From positions 608,001 through 672,000 of the forward strand of contig CAWJET010000001.1 in NCBI GenBank assembly GCA_963842085.1: a stretch of 64,000 bases of DNA, written 5' to 3'. Made by a program: the position numbers and the translations under genes. The DNA comes from an uncultured delta proteobacterium (lineage in GTDB: Bacteria; Desulfobacterota; Binatia; Binatales; Binataceae). The notes under the pieces were generated by a model. That model ran no database searches. It worked only from the letters and a program-made list of their open reading frames with translations, and was not told where the DNA came from. This document shows positions 1-9,707 of the stretch, in pieces; position 1 is the first letter of the stretch; each line of letters opens with the position of its first letter.

Positions 1-582
1 GGTCCGCGCGGCGGACTGCTCGCATTTGTCAGCGCTGCTGCCGGATGGCGCGTGCGCGGAGCGCCGAAGTTTCACGCCTTCGCCTCGAGCGCGCCCGCAT
101 GGAAAGTCTGGGAGGGCGATGGACTTGGCGGGAAAGGTGTTCTGACGGTCGAGCTCGAGCGCGGTGAGGAGCGCATTTGCGCAGTCGATACTCATCTCCA
201 GGCACAGTATTCCGGCAGCGACTATGCCGCAGTTCGGCAAGCGCAGTTGATCGAGGTGCGCGGGGTCGTTTCGCATCTCGATGCGACGGTACCCGCGATC
301 GTTGCGGGAGATTTCAACACCGACCCGCACGAGCCGCTCTATTCACACATCGCGGCACTCGGAACGGATCTGACGGCCGAGGCGCGGAAGATATATAACC
401 GCGGAACGACCGCGAACCAGCGCAATCAACGTGCCGAATGGATTGACTATATAGTCGCGGCAAACTCGCGGGCGTGGACGGCTTCTGCCGACCTCAAGCT
501 AATCGCAAATCAGCGGGCCGATGTACCCTACTCCGACCACAGCGGTCTCTTCTGCACCATCAGGGGGGCGCTAACGCGCTGA
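1..582 (+). CDS. Endonuclease/exonuclease/phosphatase (sphingomyelinase-like) family protein, 5'-partial
   Basis: Frame is open from base 1. Motifs KGVL, THLQA, AGDFN, IDYI and SDH are typical of the EEP fold. Confidence 0.85.
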   Translation, partial: GPRGGLLAFVSAAAGWRVRGAPKFHAFASSAPAWKVWEGDGLGGKGVLTVELERGEERICAVDTHLQAQYSGSDYAAVRQAQLIEVRGVVSHLDATVPAIVAGDFNTDPHEPLYSHIAALGTDLTAEARKIYNRGTTANQRNQRAEWIDYIVAANSRAWTASADLKLIANQRADVPYSDHSGLFCTIRGALTR

Positions 583-1767
583 CAGGCGGAGTTCGCTCAG
601 GCCTCTAAGCGCCAAGGAGCCGCGGTATTCCAGCTTGGCGGACGGGTCGGCCAATTGCAGGCGTGGGAATTTCTCCAGCATCGATTCGATTGCGATCGCG
701 CCTTCCAGTCGCGCCAGCGGCGCACCGAGGCAGAAGTGGATTCCCTCGCCGAAGGACACGTGCTCGTTGGGTTCGCGCGCGACGTCAAACTGCTCCGGAT
801 TTGGGAAGTGTGCGGGGTCGCGGTTGGCGGCGGCTAGAAGAATAAACGCGAGGCTGCCCGCGGGCATCTCAGTGCCGCCGATGTTGGCCGCCGCCGTCGG
901 TATGCGGAGGGTCATCTGGACGGGCGGGTCATAACGCAGCATCTCTTCGATCGCTGTGGGGATGAGCTGGCGGTTCTCGCGCAGGCGATTTTGCTGCTCG
1001 GGATGGCGGCATAGCGCGAGCAGACCGTTACCTATCAGATTGGTGGTCGTTTCGTTTCCGGCAAGCAGCAGCAATACGACGAATGCGAGCAGCTCGTTTT
1101 CGCTGAGCGCGTCGGATTCGTCACGCGCGGCGATGAGCGCGCTGATCAGATCGTCGGCGGGATTCGCGCTGCGTTGCTTGATCGCGTCGGCCAGGTAGCG
1201 GCGGAGCTCATCTTTGGCCGCTATGCCGGCGGGGGACGGGCCGCTCGCCATGTCCTGGCCGAAGGAACTGACAAGATCGTTGGACCACTTTTTGAACTGC
1301 GCGTGATCGGCGGCCGAGACCCCGAGCAGCTCCGCGATCACAATCACCGGCAGCGGATTGGCCAGCGTGGCCATCGCTTCTACTTCGGATGAGTCAGTTG
1401 CTCGGCCCAGCAGGTCGGCGGTTATCTCCCGGATTCGCGGCTCGAGCTCGCGCACGCGTCTTGGGGTGAAGGCCTTGCTGACCAGGCGTCGCAGGCGGGA
1501 ATGCACGGGCGGATCGGCGGTGAGAATGGTCGGCGCGCCGCCGAAGGGATCGATTCGCTGACGAAACGGAATTTCGGGGCGGCGCACGGTGAAGCGTTCG
1601 TGATCGTGGAGGACGGTGATCACGTCAGCATAGCGGGCCACGAGCGTAGTCGGCATGTAGAGCTTGAGCTGGCGCGGAGGGCCGTCGAGCAGCGCGGGGA
1701 AGTGCGGATAAGGATTGGCACGGAATTCCTGGTCGAAAGGGTTGAAATAGAAATCTTGCTCAGGCAT
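571..1767 (-). CDS. Cytochrome P450
   Basis: I-helix AGNETT, ExxR (EEMLR), heme motif FGEGIHFCLG. Confidence 0.97.
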   Translation of the reverse strand: MPEQDFYFNPFDQEFRANPYPHFPALLDGPPRQLKLYMPTTLVARYADVITVLHDHERFTVRRPEIPFRQRIDPFGGAPTILTADPPVHSRLRRLVSKAFTPRRVRELEPRIREITADLLGRATDSSEVEAMATLANPLPVIVIAELLGVSAADHAQFKKWSNDLVSSFGQDMASGPSPAGIAAKDELRRYLADAIKQRSANPADDLISALIAARDESDALSENELLAFVVLLLLAGNETTTNLIGNGLLALCRHPEQQNRLRENRQLIPTAIEEMLRYDPPVQMTLRIPTAAANIGGTEMPAGSLAFILLAAANRDPAHFPNPEQFDVAREPNEHVSFGEGIHFCLGAPLARLEGAIAIESMLEKFPRLQLADPSAKLEYRGSLALRGLSELRLSAR

Positions 1768-1836
1768 CGGCGCCTCCGAGTGCTACGTCATAACAACGCC
1801 TACGGCGCCGCGAGTCCAGCGGAACTTAATTTAATG

Positions 1837-1974
1837 TGAAACCCGCGGCGGGTTTCAGCAGGGGTGATCGCCACCGGGTCCCTGCACCCGATGGCAAGAG
1901 AAGATGCGGGGCTTCGTCCCTGTTGGAACTTCCTCATTTGTCATTCTAGCACGAAGCGAAGAATCCCGGATTCT
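1837..1974. repeat. Intergenic palindromes / REP-like element
   Basis: TGAAACCCGC-G-GCGGGTTTCA (1837-1857), a GCAGGG..CCCTGC hairpin, and GTCATTCTAGCACGAAGCGAAGAATCCC (1940-1967). Confidence 0.4.
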
Positions 1975-2062
1975 GTTTCCTTGAGCGGGAGCTGACGTTG
2001 ATGCTTTAATCGGCTCCTCAAGCATCCCGGACACGAGCGCTCGGCAAATAGAGGAACCCTTT

Positions 2063-3240
2063 ATGGCCTATGCACCTGACAACCGGCCGATTTACGACGC
2101 CGACAGCCATATCATGGAGCTTCCGGATTTTCTGCAGAAGTATGCGGACCCGGAGCTGTGCAAGGACATCCCGGCGGTAAGTTACAGCGCGTCGCTGGTT
2201 ACTGATGAGGAAGTCGCGGAGATCATGGCGCGCGGCGGACAGCATACTGAGCAGCATGTCGCCGAGATGATCGCACTCGGCGATCGCTTGATCGAAAGCT
2301 CCAAAGAGATCCAGGCGTTGGGCGCCTTTGATGGGCGCGATCGAAGGCTGTGGACATGCTCGGCTTCAAGAAACAGCTCGTGTTCGCGACGCACAGCGTG
2401 GCGATGCCGTTTTCACCGAGCTCGAAGATCGCGCCGAAGCTGCGCTACGGTGCGGCGCGCGCGCACAACCGGCACATGGCGGACTTCTGCGCGCACGACT
2501 CGCGCCTGATGGGGGTGGCGATCGCACCGCTGGACGAGCCGGAACTCGCGCTCGCGGAACTCGAGTTCGCGCTGAAAAGCGGCGCCAGGGCCATCTGGGT
2601 GCCCCATCATGCGTGCGGCGGCAGGTCGCCCGGCCACGTCGAATACGATGCTTTCTGGGCGCGGCTGGTGGAGGCGAACACGCCGTTCGTGATGCATGTC
2701 GGCGGCGCACCGCTGCAACTGGATAAAGCATGGGTGAACAACGGCCGGCCGCCGGTCAAAGACTGGATGGGCGGCGGCGAGAATCTTCGCACCAAGGACG
2801 TCGCCGTGCTGCACCAGGGGCCGGAGACGTTTCTCTCTATGATGTTGATCGACGGCGTCTTCGAGCGTTTTCCGAAGCTCCGCGGCGCATGCGTCGAGCT
2901 GGGCGCGGGATGGGTGCCGTCGCTGCTCGTGCGCCTGGACTGGGTGGCGAGAATTTGGAGCAAGACGGACGCGAACCTGGCGCGCTTCACGCGCAAGCCG
3001 TCCGAACAGCTTACGCAGCAGATGGCATTCACGCCGTTCGTGTTCGAGGACGTTGGAGCGCTTATCGATCAGTCAAACCCGGAGCTGTACCTGTTCTCGA
3101 CCGACTACCCGCACACCGAGGGCGGCCGCAACCCGCTGGCCCGCTTCGAGGCGGCGCTCGGAAATCGACCGGCGGCGATCCGCGATCGGTTCTATTCGGA
3201 AAATTTTCTCCGGATATTTCCGGAAGCACGCGCGTCCTGA
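2063..3240 (+). pseudogene. Amidohydrolase_2 family protein, frameshifted near 2340 (pseudogene or sequencing error)
   Basis: The N-terminal DADSH metal motif lies in ORF 2063. The rest (MHVGG, ELGAGW, FSTDYPH.EG) continues in the -1 frame from about 2340. Confidence 0.85.
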
Positions 3241-3270
3241 CTCGCGGCGACACGACAATCACAGGGATTT

Positions 3271-3302
3271 AGCGGCGGCGGACTTGAGAGTCCGCCGCCG
3301 CT
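3271..3302. terminator. Stem-loop between convergent genes (likely bidirectional terminator)
   Basis: Perfect 14-bp stem AGCGGCGGCGGACT-TGAG-AGTCCGCCGCCGCT. Confidence 0.7.
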
Positions 3303-3334
3303 TGGGCATCAGCACGCATTTGCTCGATGCTCGA

Positions 3335-4342
3335 TCAAACCTGGGCGCGGCTCGGGCGCATCCGGAGCATTTGCCTCAGGCCTAAGGTTGTCGAGCGCGA
3401 GTCGCGAACGCATTCGCGGAGCACCCCAAGATAGCTGCGGGTGAGGTGAACCGACTCCTTGAACTCCGACTTCGACATCAGCACCCGATGGAGTTCCGGC
3501 AACCGATAGAACGGTACGCTCGGGTAGAAGTGATGCTCGATGTGGTAGTTGACGTTCTTCGGGGCGACGAACACATGCTCGAGTATGGACGCGCGTATTG
3601 ACCTGGTCTGTGCGTAGGCGTTGGACCTGCCCCCGATGGCGGAATGCTCGGCGATGCTGCGGACGCGGAAAATTACGATGAGCCAGGTGAACAACGGAAC
3701 AAACCAGTACATCAGGAGAAGATGAAGCGCGCCGAACCAGGCGAACACCAGCAGCACCGCGGCGTAGAAGCCGTAGCGCGCGACCAGAAAACCGCGGCTC
3801 ACGCCGGTATTCCGCGACAGAAGAGTTCGCGCCAGCTTGAGATAGAAAATCGCGCCCAGCCCGGACACGTCGCGCAGCAACAGCATCGCGAGCCTAACCC
3901 AGTGCCTGGGAAATACCCACGTCGCATCGCCCTGGCGGCGGGCCCAGTCGGGATCCTGAGCGGTATTCAGATAGCGATGATGCGCGAAGTGGTTCTTGCG
4001 ATACGCGCGCGCCGAGATCAGGTTCGGCCATGCCAGAATGATCTCGGCGGTCCAGTCATTGAGGCGCCGGTCGCGGAACAACCGATAGTGAACGCCGTCG
4101 TGCATCAGGATGAGCAGCGCGTGTTGCCGCGCCCCAATGAATGCCACGGTCAGCAGGTACACGACGAGGTTGAAGTGGCGTTGGCAGAGACAGATGGCGG
4201 TCAGTATCAGCGTCCATTCAGCAAGGATATGAAGAGTACTTCTCAGCGGGCTATGAGCCGACAAATCTCGCAGCTCATCTTTGGTCAGCTTGATCGGAAT
4301 GGCGCCGTCAAAATCGTCCGACGGGCGATCCAGTGCGCTCAT
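3335..4342 (-). CDS. Membrane fatty acid desaturase family (rhizobitoxine RtxC-like subgroup)
   Basis: His boxes HDGVH, HFAHH..DPD, AEH and NYHIEHH; several TM segments. Confidence 0.9.
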   Translation of the reverse strand: MSALDRPSDDFDGAIPIKLTKDELRDLSAHSPLRSTLHILAEWTLILTAICLCQRHFNLVVYLLTVAFIGARQHALLILMHDGVHYRLFRDRRLNDWTAEIILAWPNLISARAYRKNHFAHHRYLNTAQDPDWARRQGDATWVFPRHWVRLAMLLLRDVSGLGAIFYLKLARTLLSRNTGVSRGFLVARYGFYAAVLLVFAWFGALHLLLMYWFVPLFTWLIVIFRVRSIAEHSAIGGRSNAYAQTRSIRASILEHVFVAPKNVNYHIEHHFYPSVPFYRLPELHRVLMSKSEFKESVHLTRSYLGVLRECVRDSRSTTLGLRQMLRMRPSRAQV

Positions 4343-4421
4343 TTGCTAGATCGATGTTCATATTTTTTCCTCTGTCTTTTTCATTTTGGGAAACTGTTCG
4401 CCGGATCGTTGTAGGACGAAT

Positions 4422-5105
4422 TCAGGCCTGGGCCTGGGCGGCAGCCATCTCCTCGATTCGCTGCGGATAGCGACTCGCTGCCGGCCTCAACCGATCGGAA
4501 TTGCCGAACCGAATAGTCAGGTAGTTGTCCGAAGTTTCGATCCTCAAGCGGTGAACGTTTGCGGTCAGCCTTGCCAGCGCTTCGCCTTCGAGGATCATCG
4601 GCTGAACCCACAGTCGGCCCTGGTCGGGACCTTCGAGATACGGATATTCGACGGGCGTTCCCGCATTGACGAATCCCATCGCCGCGTAGAATCCGGCGTG
4701 ATCGGATCTCCCGACCGCCAGGTACACGAGCACCGCCCGCGGGTTTCGTCGAACCACTTGAACCGCGATGCCGCGCCACGCCTGCATCCCCGCGCCTCGC
4801 GACAGCGACCAATGATCGCTGCATTCCAGCACCGACCGCGGCGCGTAGCGCGAAAGATCAGGCTGCTCGCAGCTTTGCGGAAAGGTCTCGAGATCGTGGA
4901 GCGCGACGCCCGCCGTCATGCGCTCGGCCGGGTCACGTTCCGTTTCGAACAATGCGTAGACGTCCGCGGCCGCGAGACGAACCGTGTTTGACGTATGCGT
5001 GCGGCCAACGTCTCTGAAGCAGGCTCCGTGCAGAGCGCGCGCATCGGCGAGGCGCTGGGCGAAAACGTTTCGATCGCCTTCTGTGGTTAAGAGGCGCATT
5101 TCCAT
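4422..5105 (-). CDS. Putative GNAT-fold N-acyltransferase (LuxI/FeeM/thermostable-hemolysin-like)
   Basis: Strong RBS AAAAGGAG before ATG 5105. Motifs VLECSxxWS..RGAG and FYAAMGF...G...Y resemble GNAT/acyl-ACP transferase motifs. Confidence 0.6.
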   Translation of the reverse strand: MEMRLLTTEGDRNVFAQRLADARALHGACFRDVGRTHTSNTVRLAAADVYALFETERDPAERMTAGVALHDLETFPQSCEQPDLSRYAPRSVLECSDHWSLSRGAGMQAWRGIAVQVVRRNPRAVLVYLAVGRSDHAGFYAAMGFVNAGTPVEYPYLEGPDQGRLWVQPMILEGEALARLTANVHRLRIETSDNYLTIRFGNSDRLRPAASRYPQRIEEMAAAQAQA

Positions 5106-5314
5106 TGAATGTCTCCTTTTTGAGTTGTTTGAGCGATTGCGGAATGGAGGGTAGGGTGTAGATGGTACGGGGCGGCCCGCGGTTCTTCGCCGGCCGTATC
5201 GGAAGGAACGGACGTCGATGCTGCGCAACAACAAGTTGACACATTTGTGCGCCGGTGTTCGAAAAAAATTCAGTCATTGAAAAGAATAACGCCAGGTCAC
5301 TTTTTTGCTTGATT

Positions 5315-5439
5315 CGCTAACATATAGTCAACCGCTAACATCGATTATTGAATCGCGGGGCCTCCTCCGGTTGCACAATGCAACCAAGCAGGGATTTTCC
5401 TTTCCGCTAACTCCGTGCTTAACTGGAGTTAGCGTTAGC
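5315..5439. promoter_or_regulatory. Repeated CGCTAAC boxes in divergent promoter region
   Basis: CGCTAACAT at 5315 and 5333; perfect inverted repeat CGCTAACTCC-N10-GGAGTTAGCG at 5405-5434; extra GTTAGC at 5434. Confidence 0.6.
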
Positions 5440-5537
5440 AGCACTTAGCTTGGCTGTTTCTATGGACTCGATGACGGGTTTGCAGAAGGATCGCGACAAC
5501 TAGAGCAACCAAAAAAAGTTTTTCGCCGTTCGATCAA

Positions 5538-6305
5538 TTGGCTGCCGACATCGTCAAGGCTGGCAGGGCTTCGCGCCCGGCCTCGGCGCCTGGCCGCAGC
5601 GTTCCTGCGGAAATTCGATTTCTCGAGCAATGCGACTACGGACGCACGCTACGCAAATCGTTCGGGCGCTCCGAGGTTCGGGAGATAGTCGCGGAAGCGA
5701 GAAGCGCCGTCTGGCCGCATTTGAACGCCGAATCCGTGAGACTGGTTTCGCCCAGGGAGTTTACGCGGCTCTGGTCGGGGTTGGGAGTTCGGTTCCAGAT
5801 GGCAAAACTCAGTGGCGCGGAGGGGCTTGGCCTGTTGGGTTTTTACGTGCGCAAAATTGGGGCGTCGCAGTTGCCGTTGATCTGCGTGAACACCGCGCAT
5901 CATCCCGCTGCGGTCGGCGCGGCGTTTTCGCACGAAATGGGCCATCACGTGATCGGACGGCTGTTTGATTCGCGCAAAAAACACGTTCAGTTCCTGGCCG
6001 ATGCCTTTGCAGAACATCTGAACGAACCGGAAGAACTGGCGGCTGACATGCTAGTGAGCCTGGGCGTGTTCCCCGAAGGAATCGCGCGAAAGATTTTCAT
6101 GAAACCGGAGAAAGGAAGCCCATCTAAATCCGCTGCCGAAGAACTCCCGGATTCAGTCTCCGCGAAGGTGCTCAAATACTTTGAATGTCGATACGGTCTT
6201 AGTCTCGGCGAGCCGGGTCCCTCTGCCAGGAAGCTTCAGTACCTGGCGGCTGTGGTTCATTTTGCAAAATTAAGACGCGCCATCCTCACCGAATACGACA
6301 TTTGA
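5538..6305 (+). CDS. ImmA/IrrE (M78) family zinc metallopeptidase
   Basis: LICVN...AFSHEMGH (HExxH) and downstream EELAAD third-ligand helix. Start is uncertain (TTG). Confidence 0.75.
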   Translation: MAADIVKAGRASRPASAPGRSVPAEIRFLEQCDYGRTLRKSFGRSEVREIVAEARSAVWPHLNAESVRLVSPREFTRLWSGLGVRFQMAKLSGAEGLGLLGFYVRKIGASQLPLICVNTAHHPAAVGAAFSHEMGHHVIGRLFDSRKKHVQFLADAFAEHLNEPEELAADMLVSLGVFPEGIARKIFMKPEKGSPSKSAAEELPDSVSAKVLKYFECRYGLSLGEPGPSARKLQYLAAVVHFAKLRRAILTEYDI

Positions 6306-6528
6306 ACTCGGACATCTTCTGTCGCGTCCAAAGCCGCCGGAGTTGCCGTAATGCCCGGTCGCGGCATCCTGATCGATGACGCGACAATTGCGCCAATTCG
6401 TATTAGATCATCGCCAAGGCGGCTGTGAACCGTCCCTGTACGTGAATCCGATTTACTTTTAGGATCACATTCGGTGCTTTTCAGCAGACGCAGAGGAATG
6501 CTGATCGACGCAACGGAGGAGAGGATAC

Positions 6529-7740
6529 ATGGAACTGGCACCCAAGCGGGCCGGATTCGTGCCCGAACGAATCAACCGGATTACCGACCACCTCGACAAG
6601 AACTACGTCGCGCCCGGCAAAATCGCCGGATGCCAGACGCTGGTGGCGAGGCACGGCCACGTTGCTTATTTCAAATCGCAAGGCCTGATGGACCGCGAGC
6701 GCCGCAAGCCGGTGACGGACGATACGATCTTCCGGCTGTATTCGATGACCAAGCCGATCACGTCGGTGGCGCTGATGACGCTCTACGAGCAGGGTCACTT
6801 CCAGCTCAACGATCCGGTGTCGCGCTTCATTCCGGCGTGGCGTGAGCACAAGGTGTGGGTCGCAGGCGAAGGCGCAAGCATGGAGACTGCGGCGCCGGTT
6901 CGGCCGATGACGATGCGTAACGTGCTCAGCCACACCGGCGGACTTACCTACGGCGCGACCAATCATCCCGTTGACCGCGCCTATCGCGACGCGGGAGTAG
7001 GACGCGGCGCGGGCGAGACGCTGAGCGGTTTTGCGGACAAGCTGGCGAAGGTGCCGCTGCGCTATCAGCCGGGAGAGCGATGGATGTATTCGCTCTCGAC
7101 CGACGTGTGCGGTTACCTGGTCGAGGCGATTTCCGGAAAGCGCTTCGACCAATATTTGCAGGAGACGATTTTCGATCCGCTCGACATGAACGACACTTCG
7201 TTCATGGTCGCGCCGCGCAAGGCCGACCGCTTTGCCGCGAACTATGAGCGGCAGGCCGACAAAACGCTGAAGCTGATCGACGATCCGGAGCGCAGCAACT
7301 ATCTGAACCAGCCCACGTTCTTTTCGGGCGGCGGAGGATTGACCGGCACGACTGCCGACTATCTGCGCTTCTGCGAGATGCTGCGGCGCGGCGGCGAGCT
7401 GGACGGCGCGCGCATCCTGGGACCTCGCACCATCGAGCTGATGCATCGCAACCATCTTGCCGGCGGCAAAGATCTGAGCGCGATGGCGATTGGCGCGTTC
7501 TCGGAAACCGCGTACGAAGGCGTCGGTTTCGGCCTGGGCTTCGCGATGACGCTCGGCCAGGTCGAGGCGGGTGCGCTCGGCGGCGGCGAGTACTACTGGG
7601 GCGGCGCGGCCTCAACAATCTTCTGGGTCGACCCGAAAGAGGACATGGTCGCGATTTTCATGACGCAGTTGATGCCGTCGGCCACCTTCAACTTCCGCGG
7701 ACAACTCAGGAATATCATCTATTCGGCCATCGTCGAGTGA
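6529..7740 (+). CDS. Serine hydrolase, beta-lactamase family (class C-like esterase)
   Basis: SMTK (SxxK), LSHTGG, PGERWMYS, YYWGG motifs. Confidence 0.93.
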   Translation: MELAPKRAGFVPERINRITDHLDKNYVAPGKIAGCQTLVARHGHVAYFKSQGLMDRERRKPVTDDTIFRLYSMTKPITSVALMTLYEQGHFQLNDPVSRFIPAWREHKVWVAGEGASMETAAPVRPMTMRNVLSHTGGLTYGATNHPVDRAYRDAGVGRGAGETLSGFADKLAKVPLRYQPGERWMYSLSTDVCGYLVEAISGKRFDQYLQETIFDPLDMNDTSFMVAPRKADRFAANYERQADKTLKLIDDPERSNYLNQPTFFSGGGGLTGTTADYLRFCEMLRRGGELDGARILGPRTIELMHRNHLAGGKDLSAMAIGAFSETAYEGVGFGLGFAMTLGQVEAGALGGGEYYWGGAASTIFWVDPKEDMVAIFMTQLMPSATFNFRGQLRNIIYSAIVE

Positions 7741-7777
7741 TGCGCGCCGCCGGTGGCAAAGTGATTGGAGGTGAGCG

Positions 7778-8740
7778 ATGAAGGCTGCAGTCTACTATCA
7801 GAACGGCGGGCCCGAAGTTCTCAAGTACGAGGACGTTCCCGATCCCGAGTGCCATCCGAAGGGCGTAGTGATTCGCGTCGAGGCGGTGAGTATCGAGGGC
7901 GGCGACACGCTCAATCGCTGGCACGGCGCGCTGTCCAGCAAGCCCCATGTTGTTGGCTACCAGGCCGGCGGCGAGATCGTCGAGGTCGGCGCGGAGGTGA
8001 AGGACCTGAAGTTAGGACAGAAGGTCACCACCGTTAATGCCATGGGCTCGCACGCCGCGTTGCGCTCGGTGCCGGCGCGCAATGCGTGGCCGGTGCCGAA
8101 GGGATTCGACATCAAGCTGGCCGCGGCCATACCCGTGCCTTTCGGCACCGCGGACGATTGCCTGTTCGAGTTCGGGCGGTTGAAGGCGGGCGAGACGGTG
8201 CTGGTGCAGGCGGGCGCGAGCGGCGTGGGAGTTGCAGCAATACAGCTAGCCAAGCGGGCGGGCGCGACCGTGCTCGCGACGGCCTCGAGCAACGAGCGGC
8301 TGGAACGGCTGAAGCCGCTGGGTCTCGATCATGGGATCAACTATAAGACTGATGACGTCGTCAAGTCGGTGATGAAGATAACCCGCAACCGGGGCGTCGA
8401 CCTTGTCGTTGACCCCGTAGGCGGTGCGACGTTGCAAGGCAGCCTGCTATCGCTCGCCTATCGCGGGCGCGTGTCGATGGTCGGTGCGGCCGGCCGCGAA
8501 GCGATGACGATAGACGTCTCCTCGCTGATGGCGGGCAACCGCTCCTTGACCGGAGTTTTCCTGGGAGCGGAGATCGGCACCGATCGTGCGCATAACATGA
8601 TACAGCGCCTGATCGACGAGGCCGCGCGCGGCGAATTGAAGGTCGTGATCGATCGAACCTTCCCGCTGTCGGAGGCCGCCGCCGCCCACGCTTACATCGA
8701 AAGCCGGCAGGCGGTCGGCAGGGTTCTCCTAATCCCTTAG
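7778..8740 (+). CDS. NADPH:quinone oxidoreductase (MDR family)
   Basis: AGASGVG nucleotide-binding motif, GVDLVVDPVGG, C-terminal AHAYIESRQAVGRVLL. Confidence 0.92.
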   Translation: MKAAVYYQNGGPEVLKYEDVPDPECHPKGVVIRVEAVSIEGGDTLNRWHGALSSKPHVVGYQAGGEIVEVGAEVKDLKLGQKVTTVNAMGSHAALRSVPARNAWPVPKGFDIKLAAAIPVPFGTADDCLFEFGRLKAGETVLVQAGASGVGVAAIQLAKRAGATVLATASSNERLERLKPLGLDHGINYKTDDVVKSVMKITRNRGVDLVVDPVGGATLQGSLLSLAYRGRVSMVGAAGREAMTIDVSSLMAGNRSLTGVFLGAEIGTDRAHNMIQRLIDEAARGELKVVIDRTFPLSEAAAAHAYIESRQAVGRVLLIP

Positions 8741-8824
8741 GGGTCACCATCTTCGCGGATTCAGCTGGCGAAGAATGCCGGCGGCAACGAAAGCAAAGAC
8801 TCGTTCCAGGAAGAGATCTCGCCG

Positions 8825-9544
8825 CTAGGCCGCAAATATCTCTTCGAAGAAGTCGGCCATAGCCTTCCACGATCGCGCGTCCACGAGCTTGTTGTATCCG
8901 ATGCCGGGCATCCCGAGGCTGTCGGACTGCGGATTCGTAAAGCCGTGCTTTGCGCCTCCGTAGGTAGTGATCTGCCAGTCCGCACCGGCTTTGGTCATTT
9001 CGGCGGCCAAGGCAATGACCTGCTCGACCGGCACCAAGGTGTCGTCGGCACCGGTGCAGACGAGAATTTTCGCCTTGACCTTTCCAGCCTCGGCGGGTCG
9101 CTGTGTCTGTAGGCCGCCGTGAAAGCTGACGATGCCCCTGAGCGCCGCGCCGTCGCGAGCGAGTTCGAGCGAGAATGTGCCGCCCATGCAGAATCCGATC
9201 GCGGCCAATCGACCAGCGTCGGTCTGGGGAACTGAAGCGAGATAATCCAGAGCGGCGCGGGCGCGTTTGCGAAGTTCTGCCGGATCAGTAAACAGCGGGG
9301 TCGCAAGCTTCATCGCCTCGGGCAGGCTGGATACCTCGATTCCGTTGCCGTACGGGTCTCCCGCGAAAGCCACGTAGCCCAAAGCCGCCAGGCGCTCGGC
9401 GCGCTTCTTTGCATGCTCGCCCAAGCCGAACGCCTCAGGCATCACGAGAACTCCGGGCCGCTTGCCGGATTTCGTGTCGTCGAAAGCGAGATAGCCGCGA
9501 AGCGTTACGTCGCCGTCCTTGTATTCGATCGTTTCTGTCTTCAT
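8825..9544 (-). CDS. Dienelactone hydrolase family protein
   Basis: PEAFG, GFCMGG nucleophile elbow, HGF. Confidence 0.93.
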   Translation of the reverse strand: MKTETIEYKDGDVTLRGYLAFDDTKSGKRPGVLVMPEAFGLGEHAKKRAERLAALGYVAFAGDPYGNGIEVSSLPEAMKLATPLFTDPAELRKRARAALDYLASVPQTDAGRLAAIGFCMGGTFSLELARDGAALRGIVSFHGGLQTQRPAEAGKVKAKILVCTGADDTLVPVEQVIALAAEMTKAGADWQITTYGGAKHGFTNPQSDSLGMPGIGYNKLVDARSWKAMADFFEEIFAA

Positions 9545-9707
9545 GCGAGTCTCCGATGGTTGTGGATCAGGCGCCATCTTGCACGATTCGGCCATTTTCT
9601 GAAAGCCGCGAAATAGTTGTAAGTTAACCCATCGAGGGTCGCGGAAGGCGCAATCGATTCGGCGCCGAGATTCGCCGCGCGACGAGAGTTCTGCTAGGAG
9701 CTTGGTT

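Noticed and set aside
5106-5290. Possible riboswitch or leader peptide upstream of the acyltransferase
   Set aside because: It has a GC-rich hairpin and a C-rich tract, but no recognisable aptamer consensus. An Infernal/Rfam scan would be needed.
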